A DNA stretch of 64,000 nucleotides from an uncultured Candidatus Saccharibacteria bacterium. GTDB taxonomy: Bacteria; Patescibacteriota; Minisyncoccia; Phycocordibacterales; UBA9973. The position numbers and the translations under genes are program-made. The stretch is taken from positions 8,034 through 72,033 of the forward strand of contig CAYLQJ010000001.1 of NCBI GenBank assembly GCA_964385945.1, given 5' to 3'. The notes under the pieces were generated by a model. The model had not been told where the DNA came from. It saw only the letters and a program-made list of their open reading frames with translations, and searched no databases. Shown here piece by piece: positions 10,344 to 19,011 of this stretch (positions are counted from its first letter, which is position 1; each line of letters begins with the position of its first letter).

Positions 10344-10739
10344 TTACAAATTCTCATCAAGAAATTTTTTTAAAGCAATCAAATCTTTCTTTTCTTTGTC
10401 ATAATGATAAGAAATAATTCCTACTGACTCGGCGGATTTTACTGCATCTGAATTATGTTCAAAATATATTACGTCATTTTTAGCAAAATTATATTTCTCA
10501 AGTAAAGTTTTAAAATAAATATGTTCTACTTTATCAGGATTATGCTTCATTGTAAAAACAGGATAAGGCACAGAATCAAGACCAAATTTGATCATTTGCT
10601 CATCATCAGCATTAGTTAGGATAAGTTTTGGATTTGGATATGTTTCAAGTAAATCAAATAATTCTTTATATTGAATATTATCACCTTCATCATTTTTTAT
10701 AATTACAGTATTAACTGCATCAACGAGTATTGTTTTCAT
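10344..10739 (-). CDS. HAD-like hypothetical protein
   Basis: ILVDAVNT, LTNA, NPDK, YFEHN motifs. Confidence 0.65.
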   Translation of the reverse strand: MKTILVDAVNTVIIKNDEGDNIQYKELFDLLETYPNPKLILTNADDEQMIKFGLDSVPYPVFTMKHNPDKVEHIYFKTLLEKYNFAKNDVIYFEHNSDAVKSAESVGIISYHYDKEKKDLIALKKFLDENL

Positions 10740-10848
10740 GTTTATATTATATCAAATATTTAATAAATCTTGATAAGGTCCAACCTTGTCACCTAGTTTT
10801 ATTATACTAAAATAAATTTAATTCTTAGAAAGTCAAAATCTCTATATT

Positions 10849-11205
10849 TTAAAATTTAACCATAGTGCCACTTGCTGTGACTGTTATCATATTTGCTATC
10901 TGAGTCTCTATCGATACTCCTATCACTGCATGAGCTCCGAATCCTCTAGCTCTTTCTTCTAATTCTTTCAAGCATTCAGTTCGAGCTTTATTTAAAACTC
11001 CTTCTAGAGTAGTAGAACGTCCACCCCAAAAATCAGTCAAAGAAGCTACCATGTCTCGCACAGCATTCACTCCGACGACGTTCTCAGAAGTAACTATTCC
11101 CATGTATACGATATTATCTTTACCTTGAATAATATCTGTTGTTGTTAATAAAAAATTATTATTTGTTTCCATATGTTCAAAATTATAACATAAAAAGAAT
11201 AACAA
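10849..11205 (-). CDS. YbjQ/UPF0145 family protein
   Basis: LLTTT...GGRS...A..LGAHAVIGV...ASGT; probable start 11172. Confidence 0.88.
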   Translation of the reverse strand: MLFFLCYNFEHMETNNNFLLTTTDIIQGKDNIVYMGIVTSENVVGVNAVRDMVASLTDFWGGRSTTLEGVLNKARTECLKELEERARGFGAHAVIGVSIETQIANMITVTASGTMVKF

Positions 11206-11246
11206 ATAATAACAAGAATCCTTTTGCTATATATAATGCCTATATT

Positions 11247-11621
11247 TTAAAAGCTTTTCGGGTGTCGGACATCCGGAGACAATTCAAAATTTATAATTTT
11301 AACTTCTGAGTCTTTGTTTACCTTATCTCCATAGAATTTTATAAAATCAACATACATTTCTTCTTCAGAATTATATCTAGCATGCCCTACCCAATCTTGT
11401 TCATCTAAAGTACTGAGGGTTTTAATTTTAAGAGAAATTATTTTCCCATAGCCAAAAGTCTCAAGAGTTTCTTTGTTTATGAATTCGAGTTCGTCTCCAA
11501 CTTGCAGATCCTTATCATCAAAAAGCCTCCAAGTAGAAGTCTTTTTTCCGGTTAATATTTTATCAACCAAATCTGAATTAAATTTAAGGGTTTTCATAAT
11601 TAGAATTTTTAGGATTTTCAC
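11247..11621 (-). CDS. ASCH domain protein
   Basis: ILTGKKTSTWR motif; probable start 11597. Confidence 0.85.
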   Translation of the reverse strand: MKILKILIMKTLKFNSDLVDKILTGKKTSTWRLFDDKDLQVGDELEFINKETLETFGYGKIISLKIKTLSTLDEQDWVGHARYNSEEEMYVDFIKFYGDKVNKDSEVKIINFELSPDVRHPKSF

Positions 11622-11642
11622 TATAACAGTTATAACAAAACA

Positions 11643-12128
11643 TTAAAATGACTCTAAAAATTTTACGTCCTCTATATCCACCTCTCTCATAATTTTTTTC
11701 TTATATGAAATCAAAGCCTCTTTAGGTATCACAGGAACCATGATTCCATATACTTCTTTATTTTCATTAAGAGTTAGGTCTCTATGTGCAGGAATCCAAA
11801 CTTTATTTTCTTTATCAAAGATTTTTATATTATCTCTACCCGCAAGATCAATCTTCTGATTTTCATATTTTAAAGTAACTAAATTCAAATCCCATTCATC
11901 ATCTACATAATGCTCAGGCCCGTAAATTATATAATCTTTTATATCTAAAAAAATAGTTTTAAAACTATCATCAGGAATACCTATATCTATATCAGCTAAT
12001 TCACGAGTGGATCCATAAATCCGAACAGCAAAACCTCCAGAGATTTGAAAAGGTATATTATATTTTCTTAATATACCAACAATCCATTTGAAGGCAGCTT
12101 CTGTATTTTTTTCTAATTTTGTTTCCAT
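11643..12128 (-). CDS. Nucleotidyltransferase-fold protein
   Basis: ISGGFAVRIYG...R.LADIDI motif. Confidence 0.78.
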   Translation of the reverse strand: METKLEKNTEAAFKWIVGILRKYNIPFQISGGFAVRIYGSTRELADIDIGIPDDSFKTIFLDIKDYIIYGPEHYVDDEWDLNLVTLKYENQKIDLAGRDNIKIFDKENKVWIPAHRDLTLNENKEVYGIMVPVIPKEALISYKKKIMREVDIEDVKFLESF

Positions 12129-12278
12129 TTTTTTATTATACTACAATAAATTTAATTCTTAGAAAAAGTTAAAATCTCTATATTTTAAAAGCTTTCCGGG
12201 TGTTGGACACCTGGAGACATGATCTTTAACACTTTCATCTTAGCATTTCCACGGTCTTTGAGTACCTATAATTTGTAT

Positions 12279-13079
12279 TTATTTACTGGAAAGTAGGTCA
12301 TCTATTAATTTAATATTTCCACTTCTGTCACTATTAATTACTTTATTATCATATAAATCTTTTGCTAGTGCCACACATATACCTATAGATTGAGATATCA
12401 ATAAATCCTCATCTGGCTTTTCAATAAAGAAATAATTGCCCGACTCATCTTTATTGGTAAAAGATTCAATTCCTTGAATGTCTAAATGTACAAAAGAAGA
12501 TAATTGTCTGTATACAAGATGATACATCAGTTCAAAATGTCCAGGTTCAGCATCAGGAATTTTAGCCTTGTCACATAATTTTGTTTTCTCTAATAAATCA
12601 GGATCTTTATCTTTATCGGTCAGGTTGTTCCCTTTAATAATAGCTGTCCTGTGTTTATTAATTTCTTCTAGTGTCTTATCTTGGTAATCGTTATTATATA
12701 AGCTATTTGAATCATTGGATAAAAAATTAGGGTAATCTTTAACCAATTTTTTAAAAGCATTTACTACTGTTATTCTCCAATCAAACTGTCTCTTTGCGGC
12801 AATGGCAAGCTTCTTATCAGTACTATCACTTGTGTAATATTGAATATTTATGTGTGTCTCAAGTAGACTTCTGAGTAATGATTGTGCTGCATTAAATTTC
12901 TTTTCTTTGCATAAAATAATTATCGCCTCAGTGTAGTTGAATACTGGGGCTACGGTAAAATACAGATAATTTTGAATATGTGTTTGATTAGTTAGCTTAT
13001 GATTTAAATTTGAATCGATCTCTTTTTTTAAAGAGTAGAAATATTCAACAACTTTTTGATTTTTTTCTGAAAGACTCAT
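12279..13079 (-). CDS. DUF5677-like (HEPN-related) protein
   Basis: LLRSLLE...YRQLSSFVH motifs. Confidence 0.65.
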   Translation of the reverse strand: MSLSEKNQKVVEYFYSLKKEIDSNLNHKLTNQTHIQNYLYFTVAPVFNYTEAIIILCKEKKFNAAQSLLRSLLETHINIQYYTSDSTDKKLAIAAKRQFDWRITVVNAFKKLVKDYPNFLSNDSNSLYNNDYQDKTLEEINKHRTAIIKGNNLTDKDKDPDLLEKTKLCDKAKIPDAEPGHFELMYHLVYRQLSSFVHLDIQGIESFTNKDESGNYFFIEKPDEDLLISQSIGICVALAKDLYDNKVINSDRSGNIKLIDDLLSSK

Positions 13080-13110
13080 AATTATTTAACATTTTTGAGC
13101 TAGCTCATAT

Positions 13111-13283
13111 TGGCTGGGGGTACATGGAATTTCTCCCGCGACTAAACTTTTTGTCGTCACAAAAAATTTGTCTGGGCACCGACTCATAGATTTTAGTTGC
13201 TACAAAAATCATATTCCGTCGTTCGAATCCATGGCGTAAGCAAAGCAGATTGCTTACTTACCCAGAGCTTCGCTCCGCTCGTG
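13111..13283. repeat. tRNA-3'-end-associated multi-hairpin element with a displaced tRNA-Gln 3' fragment
   Basis: 13111-13130 repeats the tRNA 3' end including CCA; an inverted copy GTTCGAATCCATG/TACCCAG lies at 13221-13265, split by a hairpin. Confidence 0.7.
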
Positions 13284-13354
13284 CTGGGGTACATGGATTC
13301 GAACCACGATTAAAGGCTTCAAAGGCCTCTGTCCTACCATTAGACGATACCCCA
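13284..13354 (-). tRNA. tRNA-Gln(TTG)
   Basis: TGGGGTATCGTCTAATGGTAGGACAGAGGCCTTTGAAGCCTTTAATCGTGGTTCGAATCCATGTACCCCAG folds as a cloverleaf with anticodon TTG. Confidence 0.95.
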
Positions 13355-13525
13355 ATTTATTTAATTTTCAAAAACACTACTTTTAGCTTTAGGGACGATA
13401 CCCCAATATTGCAAAAGCAATAATTAAAAGATAACACAAAAATAGACTATTTTCAACTATTATTGATTTTATTCTGAATATATAGTATTGTTACAAAAAT
13501 ATTTGTTCACAAAAAATTCAATATT

Positions 13526-14866
13526 ATGTTTAGTAGAGACACTTTCATCAACAGGAGAAAATCATTGTTAGATTTAATGATTTCAAAAGGTGCCCAAGGA
13601 CACATAGTTCTTGTAGGCAACAGTTATGTACCTTATAATTATAAGGCAAACTATCATCTTTTTTTCAAACAGGACAGCACCTTCCGTTATTTTTTTGGTT
13701 TAAATGAACCCGACCTTATTGGAGTCATTTCACTTGAAACAGGAAAAGCTTTTATTGCAGGTAAAGACCCTGATCTTGAAGATATTGTTTGGTCAGGTAA
13801 ACCAGAAAAAAGTCTTCCAGATAGAGCTGATGCTTTAGCTGGTATTACAGAGATAACTGATACACTGTCTTCAAAAATATTAGAGGGTAAAATACACTCA
13901 ATAGCACCCTACAGATTCCCTTCAATTATTACTGACAAAGATGTTTCTATAGATTTAATCAAATCAATAGTTGCTCTACGCAGTATAAAAAGTGAAGAAG
14001 AAATAGCCCACATGACTGAGATACAAAAGGTATCTTGCGAAATGTTTAATGTAGCCGAAGATCTGGCTAGTAAAAATGCAGCACCATTCAGTATCTATAG
14101 TGCTATGCAAGAAATAGCACTAAGAAATCGTGGAAATTTCTCTTTCCCGCCAATAATAAGCACAGAGGGTCAGATTCTACATAATCCTAATTTTTATTCA
14201 ACAGAAAGACCAGGAAAAGGTAAGCTATATCTAATTGATGCAGGCTTTGATTCAGAGCATGGATACACGACTGACCAAACAAGAGTTTTCTTAATTGTGG
14301 GTAATAATACTATGGATCGTAAAGAATCTGATTGGACTACTTGTCAGCGTAACATTAACTGGATAGTATTGGATGCTTACCAAAAAATACTTAACACAGC
14401 TTCCCCTGATTTCAACTATTTTGAAATGCATATGTTAGCTGTTAGAGAAATTGTTGAAGGGTTAAAAGGGATTAATATTATGCGTGGAGACATAGACTCA
14501 ATAATTCAATCTGGTGCATACACAACGTTTTTCCCTCACGGATTGGGACATATGATGGGCATGGATGTTCATGACATGGAAAATTTGGGAGAAGACTATG
14601 TTGGGTATGATAACAGTACAAAGAGAAGCACCCAATTCGGCTTAAAGTATTTACGGATGGCAAGAAAATTGGAACCTGGAATGGTTGTGACTAATGAACC
14701 TGGAATATATTTTATTCCTGCACTCATAGAACAATCTAAACAAAATTTTAAAAGCTTCATTAATTATAATGAGGTCGAGAAATACATGAGCGTAAAAGGT
14801 ATAAGAATTGAGGACGATATATTAATAACCCAAAATGGTAATCAGAATCTAGGACTATACTCATAA
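13526..14866 (+). CDS. pepP: Xaa-Pro aminopeptidase (M24B)
   Basis: DAG, DQTR, HGLGHMMGMDVHD, TNEPGIY, GIRIEDD metal-ligand motifs. Confidence 0.93.
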   Translation: MFSRDTFINRRKSLLDLMISKGAQGHIVLVGNSYVPYNYKANYHLFFKQDSTFRYFFGLNEPDLIGVISLETGKAFIAGKDPDLEDIVWSGKPEKSLPDRADALAGITEITDTLSSKILEGKIHSIAPYRFPSIITDKDVSIDLIKSIVALRSIKSEEEIAHMTEIQKVSCEMFNVAEDLASKNAAPFSIYSAMQEIALRNRGNFSFPPIISTEGQILHNPNFYSTERPGKGKLYLIDAGFDSEHGYTTDQTRVFLIVGNNTMDRKESDWTTCQRNINWIVLDAYQKILNTASPDFNYFEMHMLAVREIVEGLKGINIMRGDIDSIIQSGAYTTFFPHGLGHMMGMDVHDMENLGEDYVGYDNSTKRSTQFGLKYLRMARKLEPGMVVTNEPGIYFIPALIEQSKQNFKSFINYNEVEKYMSVKGIRIEDDILITQNGNQNLGLYS

Positions 14867-14874
14867 AGCAAATA

Positions 14875-14911
14875 AAAAAAGCATTCACCTTGCATAAGGT
14901 GAATGCTTTTT
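14875..14911. terminator. Bidirectional intrinsic terminator
   Basis: AAAAAAGCATTCACCTT-gcat-AAGGTGAATGCTTTTT. Confidence 0.85.
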
Positions 14912-14933
14912 AATTTTTAAATTACAAAAAAAA

Positions 14934-15323
14934 TTAAGAAATTTTAATAATTTCTTCCTGACCGATAAAGTTAGTAACTTTAATTTGCCCTAAGGAAACT
15001 TCCATTTTAGTAGACTGACGGAAAAGTTTTTTGTCTATTCCTGAATCTGAAACCAAGGTTTCAAATTCTCCTATTGGAAATTCCTTTGTTTCAATAATAA
15101 AACTCTCATTTTCTTCAAGCTTTAAAATTATATAAACTGCAAGTTTTTTTGCGAAATTATCCAACTCTTTTGCTGTTGGATAATTTATTTGCAATTGAAT
15201 CTCCAAAATTGTCGGTTCTGGATTCTGCTCAAAACCGTCGTCTTCTTCTGCTGGTTTTAAATATTTAACCCAGTAATTTACAGCTTTCTTAACTGTTTCG
15301 TTTAATAAATCTTGATTTCCCAT
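14934..15323 (-). CDS. Hypothetical protein (paralog of 6033..6332)
   Basis: Shares KAVNYW...DxF...P.G...D.G...F...T.M.V...QI.V with 6033..6332. Confidence 0.75.
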   Translation of the reverse strand: MGNQDLLNETVKKAVNYWVKYLKPAEEDDGFEQNPEPTILEIQLQINYPTAKELDNFAKKLAVYIILKLEENESFIIETKEFPIGEFETLVSDSGIDKKLFRQSTKMEVSLGQIKVTNFIGQEEIIKIS

Positions 15324-15476
15324 TTTTAATGTTTTTGGAATGTTGTGGAATGTACGTTTTAAAATTCTTATGTATTATATCATATAAAATAAATATAGTC
15401 AACAAAATATGCTTTGCTTTAAAATATTATATATATGCTATAATTAAAGTACATTATTAGTAATAAATTAAAATAT

Positions 15477-15752
15477 ATGTCATTAGAATTCAAAACAGAT
15501 TTTGGTACAAAAGAAGTAATAAAAACAATGGAGTCAAAAAATATTCCAGAAGGTTCTATAGAGAAAATAATGAATTTTTTTAACCAACCAGGATATAAAT
15601 CTATTACCAGAGAAGAAGCAATAGATTTTATTATAGAGTTTAGAAAAGACATTGAAGAAAATCAAAAGAAAACTGAAGCAGCAATTATAGAAATGCAAAC
15701 CGGTCAAGCTTCTGAAAATGAGGTTATGGATCTAGGACAAACAGCTTCGTAA
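15477..15752 (+). CDS. Hypothetical acidic protein
   Basis: ORF with upstream TATAAT and a terminator hairpin at its stop (AAACAGCTTC-gtaa-GAAGCTGTTT). Confidence 0.6.
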   Translation: MSLEFKTDFGTKEVIKTMESKNIPEGSIEKIMNFFNQPGYKSITREEAIDFIIEFRKDIEENQKKTEAAIIEMQTGQASENEVMDLGQTAS

Positions 15753-15765
15753 GAAGCTGTTTTTT

Positions 15766-16830
15766 TTACTCTTTACTCAAAATATCAATCAAAGCTATCT
15801 CTAACGGCAAGGATGGAATAAATGTATTATTTGTATTAGCATAAGCTTCAAGGAGATTTATCAGTCCTTTTGAACGAAAGACTGCTCCTTTGTCATTCTT
15901 TACTAAATCTTTTAGGAATTGTATATCTTCATCTCTCAAATCCCCTTTCATATTCTCTATCTGACTCGGAGCGTATCTCAAAATCACCGCTAATCTAAAC
16001 TTCTGTAAAATTAATTTTAAAAATAATTCCATGTCTAGATTGTCAGATACAGCTTGTTTTATTATATTGAGTCCGGCTTCGAGATTGTTCTCACCTAGTG
16101 CAGACAGGACTCCATTCACGAGGTTTCTCTTTGGAGCCCCGGTGACGCCTTCTATTTCTTCTATGCTGATCTGAGACGACTTGGCATTAGTTTTCTTTTT
16201 TTCTTTTTTCGCAAAATTTAGAACTTTATCTAGTACTCCTAAGGCATCTCGGAAAGATCCGTCACCGAGTATAGCAATGAGTTCCGCCCCGCCTTCTTCG
16301 AGAGTGTACCCTTCTTTTTCGGAAACGGCGTTTAGATGATTCTTCAAAATCATATCCGTAGGCTTTTTGAATACGAAAGTCTGACAACGAGAGATAATAG
16401 TATCAGGGACTTTATGAAGCTCGGTCGTAGCGAGAATAAATATTACATGCTTTGGAGGTTCTTCGAGAGTCTTAAGCAAGGCGCCCCAAGCATCACGAGA
16501 AAGCATATGCACCTCGTCGATGATATATATCTTGTATTTAGAATCAAAAGGTAAGACTCTGACTCCGTCGCGTAGTTCGCGAATATCTTCGATACCGCGA
16601 TTTGACGCGGCATCTATTTCGTAGAGGTCGCTCGGAGATGTCCCGAGACCGGCGGCGAAAATACGAGCAAGTGAAGTCTTCCCTGTACCACGAGAACCAA
16701 TAAAAAGATAAGCGTGAGAGACGTTCCCGGTATATACCGAGTTCTCTAAAACTTTAACGATATGTTCTTGACCTAAAACTCCTTCAAAACTGTCTGGTCG
16801 ATATTTACGATATAAAGCTAAATGATCCAT
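15766..16830 (-). CDS. dnaX: DNA polymerase III subunit gamma/tau (short form)
   Basis: LYRKYRP, GSRGTGKT, IIDEVHML, LLKTLEEPP, SRCQ, GSFRDA. Confidence 0.96.
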   Translation of the reverse strand: MDHLALYRKYRPDSFEGVLGQEHIVKVLENSVYTGNVSHAYLFIGSRGTGKTSLARIFAAGLGTSPSDLYEIDAASNRGIEDIRELRDGVRVLPFDSKYKIYIIDEVHMLSRDAWGALLKTLEEPPKHVIFILATTELHKVPDTIISRCQTFVFKKPTDMILKNHLNAVSEKEGYTLEEGGAELIAILGDGSFRDALGVLDKVLNFAKKEKKKTNAKSSQISIEEIEGVTGAPKRNLVNGVLSALGENNLEAGLNIIKQAVSDNLDMELFLKLILQKFRLAVILRYAPSQIENMKGDLRDEDIQFLKDLVKNDKGAVFRSKGLINLLEAYANTNNTFIPSLPLEIALIDILSKE

Positions 16831-16915
16831 ACGTATAAGTATAACAAAATATATATATTACCCAAAGTATTGACTAAAAAATTAGTATTAGTCATAATTA
16901 ATAAAATTGTAAATC

Positions 16916-17041
16916 ATGAAAATAGAAACACCGTCAATCAAACAAAAAATGTTTTTTGTTGTAGCATTCAGTATCATAGTTATTTTTAATTATTTAGAAA
17001 AACTAGAAAAAATAATTGAGAAAAAAATGCATATTGATTAA
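16916..17041 (+). CDS. Small putative membrane protein, 41 aa (not in ORF track)
   Basis: MKIETPSIKQKMFFVVAFSIIVIFNYLEKLEKIIEKKMHID*; TTGACT-17-CATAAT promoter at 16870-16898. Confidence 0.45.
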   Translation: MKIETPSIKQKMFFVVAFSIIVIFNYLEKLEKIIEKKMHID

Positions 17042-17090
17042 TAATGCAAAACAAAAAAAATGAGTAGGTTCAAAATTATTTTTGAGCCTA

Positions 17091-18119
17091 CTATTTTTTT
17101 AAAAATTCATTTACAATATTTTCTATCTCAGCATAATCTTTAGCTTCCATAAGTTTAACTCTGAGTTCCTTGGCTCCGTCAAAGCCGTGAACATAAGCCT
17201 TGTAATGCTTTTTCATAATAGCTAAATTCTTGTGACCACCTAAGACTTCTTCAAAGAGTTTCGTATGTTCTAGCATGACTTTTAATTTCTCGGGAAGTGA
17301 CGGAGCGGAATTAATCAGAATTTTGTCATGGTCTGGTTGAGACGAAGGCGACCCGAGGACCTGAGAAAATTCTTGATTAATTACGCTCCTATCGAACAAC
17401 CAAGGATTTCCAAAAATAGCGCGCCCGAGCATAACTCCGTCGCAACCAGTTTCAAGGACTTTCTTTTTCGCGTCTACTAGATCAGTCGCGTCGCCATTAC
17501 CTAAGATTAAAGTATTTGGAGCGACTTCGTCTCGTAATTTAACAATACTTTCCATAAGTTCCCAATGCGCCGGCACGAGGGACATCTCTTTCCTTGTACG
17601 CAAATGCACAGTCAGTACAGCAATATCTTGCTTCAAGATTTCTCGTATCCAAGTATCTATTTCATTTTTATTATATCCAATACGAGTTTTAACTGAGATA
17701 GGGATACCCGGCGCGCCGTCTTTAGCAGCTTGGATCACAGCTTTCGCAGATTCGATATTTTTAATCATACCCGAGCCGGCACCTTGCTTCTCGATACTTT
17801 TATCAGGGCAACCCATATTGATATCAATCCCATCAAAACCAAGCTCCATACATAGAGCCGAAGCGGATTTAATATTCTCGGTATTCGAGCCGAAAATCTG
17901 AGCAACTATCGGATGTTCACTAGGATCGAATTTTAAATCTATCAAAAGTTTCTCGCGAGCTTTAGGGTGAGCGAGGCCATCGGCCGATACGAACTCTGTC
18001 CAGAGTACGTCGGGTTTACCGTATTTATTGATGATAGTCCGGAAAGCATAATCCGTGACGTCAGCCATAGGTGCAAGTACGAATATTGGCTTATTTAATT
18101 GGGTCCAGAAATTTTTCAT
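17091..18119 (-). CDS. dus: tRNA-dihydrouridine synthase (DusB-like) with an in-frame palindromic insertion
   Basis: LAPMADVTD, DINMGCP, SVKTRIG, HLRT, GNGD, GVMLGR. Confidence 0.94.
   Translation of the reverse strand: MKNFWTQLNKPIFVLAPMADVTDYAFRTIINKYGKPDVLWTEFVSADGLAHPKAREKLLIDLKFDPSEHPIVAQIFGSNTENIKSASALCMELGFDGIDINMGCPDKSIEKQGAGSGMIKNIESAKAVIQAAKDGAPGIPISVKTRIGYNKNEIDTWIREILKQDIAVLTVHLRTRKEMSLVPAHWELMESIVKLRDEVAPNTLILGNGDATDLVDAKKKVLETGCDGVMLGRAIFGNPWLFDRSVINQEFSQVLGSPSSQPDHDKILINSAPSLPEKLKVMLEHTKLFEEVLGGHKNLAIMKKHYKAYVHGFDGAKELRVKLMEAKDYAEIENIVNEFLKK
17302..17389. repeat. Palindromic element inserted in frame in dus
   Basis: Terminal inverted repeats GGAGCGGAATTAATCAGAATTTT / AAAATTCTTGATTAATTACGCTCC. 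Confidence 0.7.
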
Positions 18120-18154
18120 TTAATCTTTATAACACAAAATGGTATTTTAAAAAA

Positions 18155-19009
18155 CTATTCTTTAAACTTGTAGTACACTTTATTATTAAATCTCAAATCC
18201 AAATATAAGAGTGAAGGATATTTTTCTTTGAATTCTGTCTTTAAAGGGTCCGTCTTGATAGCGGCTTCTAAATTCTGATATATTTTTAGATAATCAACTT
18301 CTGAATTAAAAATTATTTTAGGCGCATCTGGAGCCGGAATATTGGATGACAAATACATATCGACTTCATTCTCGGGTTTTAATAACATGGATACCGGGTT
18401 GATACCGATATGTTTTAAGTTAGAAATAAATAAAATATAATTATTGAAATTCTCTCCTCCATAATAATACCCTTCTGTTGGACCGTAGAATTTAAAATAA
18501 GCGTTACCGGAGAAATACGGAGCTTGATCAAAAACGTATCCTTTATCATCCATGAAGTCACATTTATGATCCTCGAGTCTGACCGTCTTGTCCGGTATAG
18601 TCTCCCCGCACCAAGTATAAACAGGCTTGCGTTCAGATATCTCAATCTTTAAAGTTTTAGAATCAGACAAGTCGAAAGAGATAGTCTCGATACGACGAAA
18701 AGTACTCGATAATTCTTTCTTGATCTTAGAACGAGGCAACAGGACGAAATTCGTCTTTGGGAAAAGCCAGAGATATTTACCACTAATCTCCTTTTGCACT
18801 AATTGTTCGAGAGCTTGGGTCTCTAATACTTTATTGCCAGTGATTTCAATCTTGTTGATATTCACCTCATGCCATTTAGATAAGAAATATAGACCTACTA
18901 GAAAAAGTAAAAATAAAATAGAAAAAATAATAACTTTAATCTTAAAGATTTTACGTCTTCTTTTCTTTAATTCTTCAACGTGAGAAGAAGTAAATTTACG
19001 AGGTTGCAT
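18155..19009 (-). CDS. FtsQ/DivIB-like POTRA-domain cell division protein
   Basis: Basic N-tail, single TM, INKIEITGN POTRA start, C-terminal YLDLRFNNKVYYK. Confidence 0.78.
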   Translation of the reverse strand: MQPRKFTSSHVEELKKRRRKIFKIKVIIFSILFLLFLVGLYFLSKWHEVNINKIEITGNKVLETQALEQLVQKEISGKYLWLFPKTNFVLLPRSKIKKELSSTFRRIETISFDLSDSKTLKIEISERKPVYTWCGETIPDKTVRLEDHKCDFMDDKGYVFDQAPYFSGNAYFKFYGPTEGYYYGGENFNNYILFISNLKHIGINPVSMLLKPENEVDMYLSSNIPAPDAPKIIFNSEVDYLKIYQNLEAAIKTDPLKTEFKEKYPSLLYLDLRFNNKVYYKFKE

Positions 19010-19011
19010 TT

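Larger units (their letters stand above)
8432..12215. repeat. Four REP-like 21-bp hairpins (9-bp stem, 3-nt loop) at 8432, 10771, 11257 and 12195
   Basis: TCCGGACGT-CCA-ACGTCCGGA; TGATAAGGT-CCA-ACCTTGTCA; TTCGGGTGT-CGG-ACATCCGGA; TCCGGGTGT-TGG-ACACCTGGA. Confidence 0.7.

Noticed and set aside
15766-16830. Programmed frameshift producing a longer DnaX tau
   Set aside because: The gene ends at a terminator against a convergent ORF, leaving no room for tau C-terminal domains.
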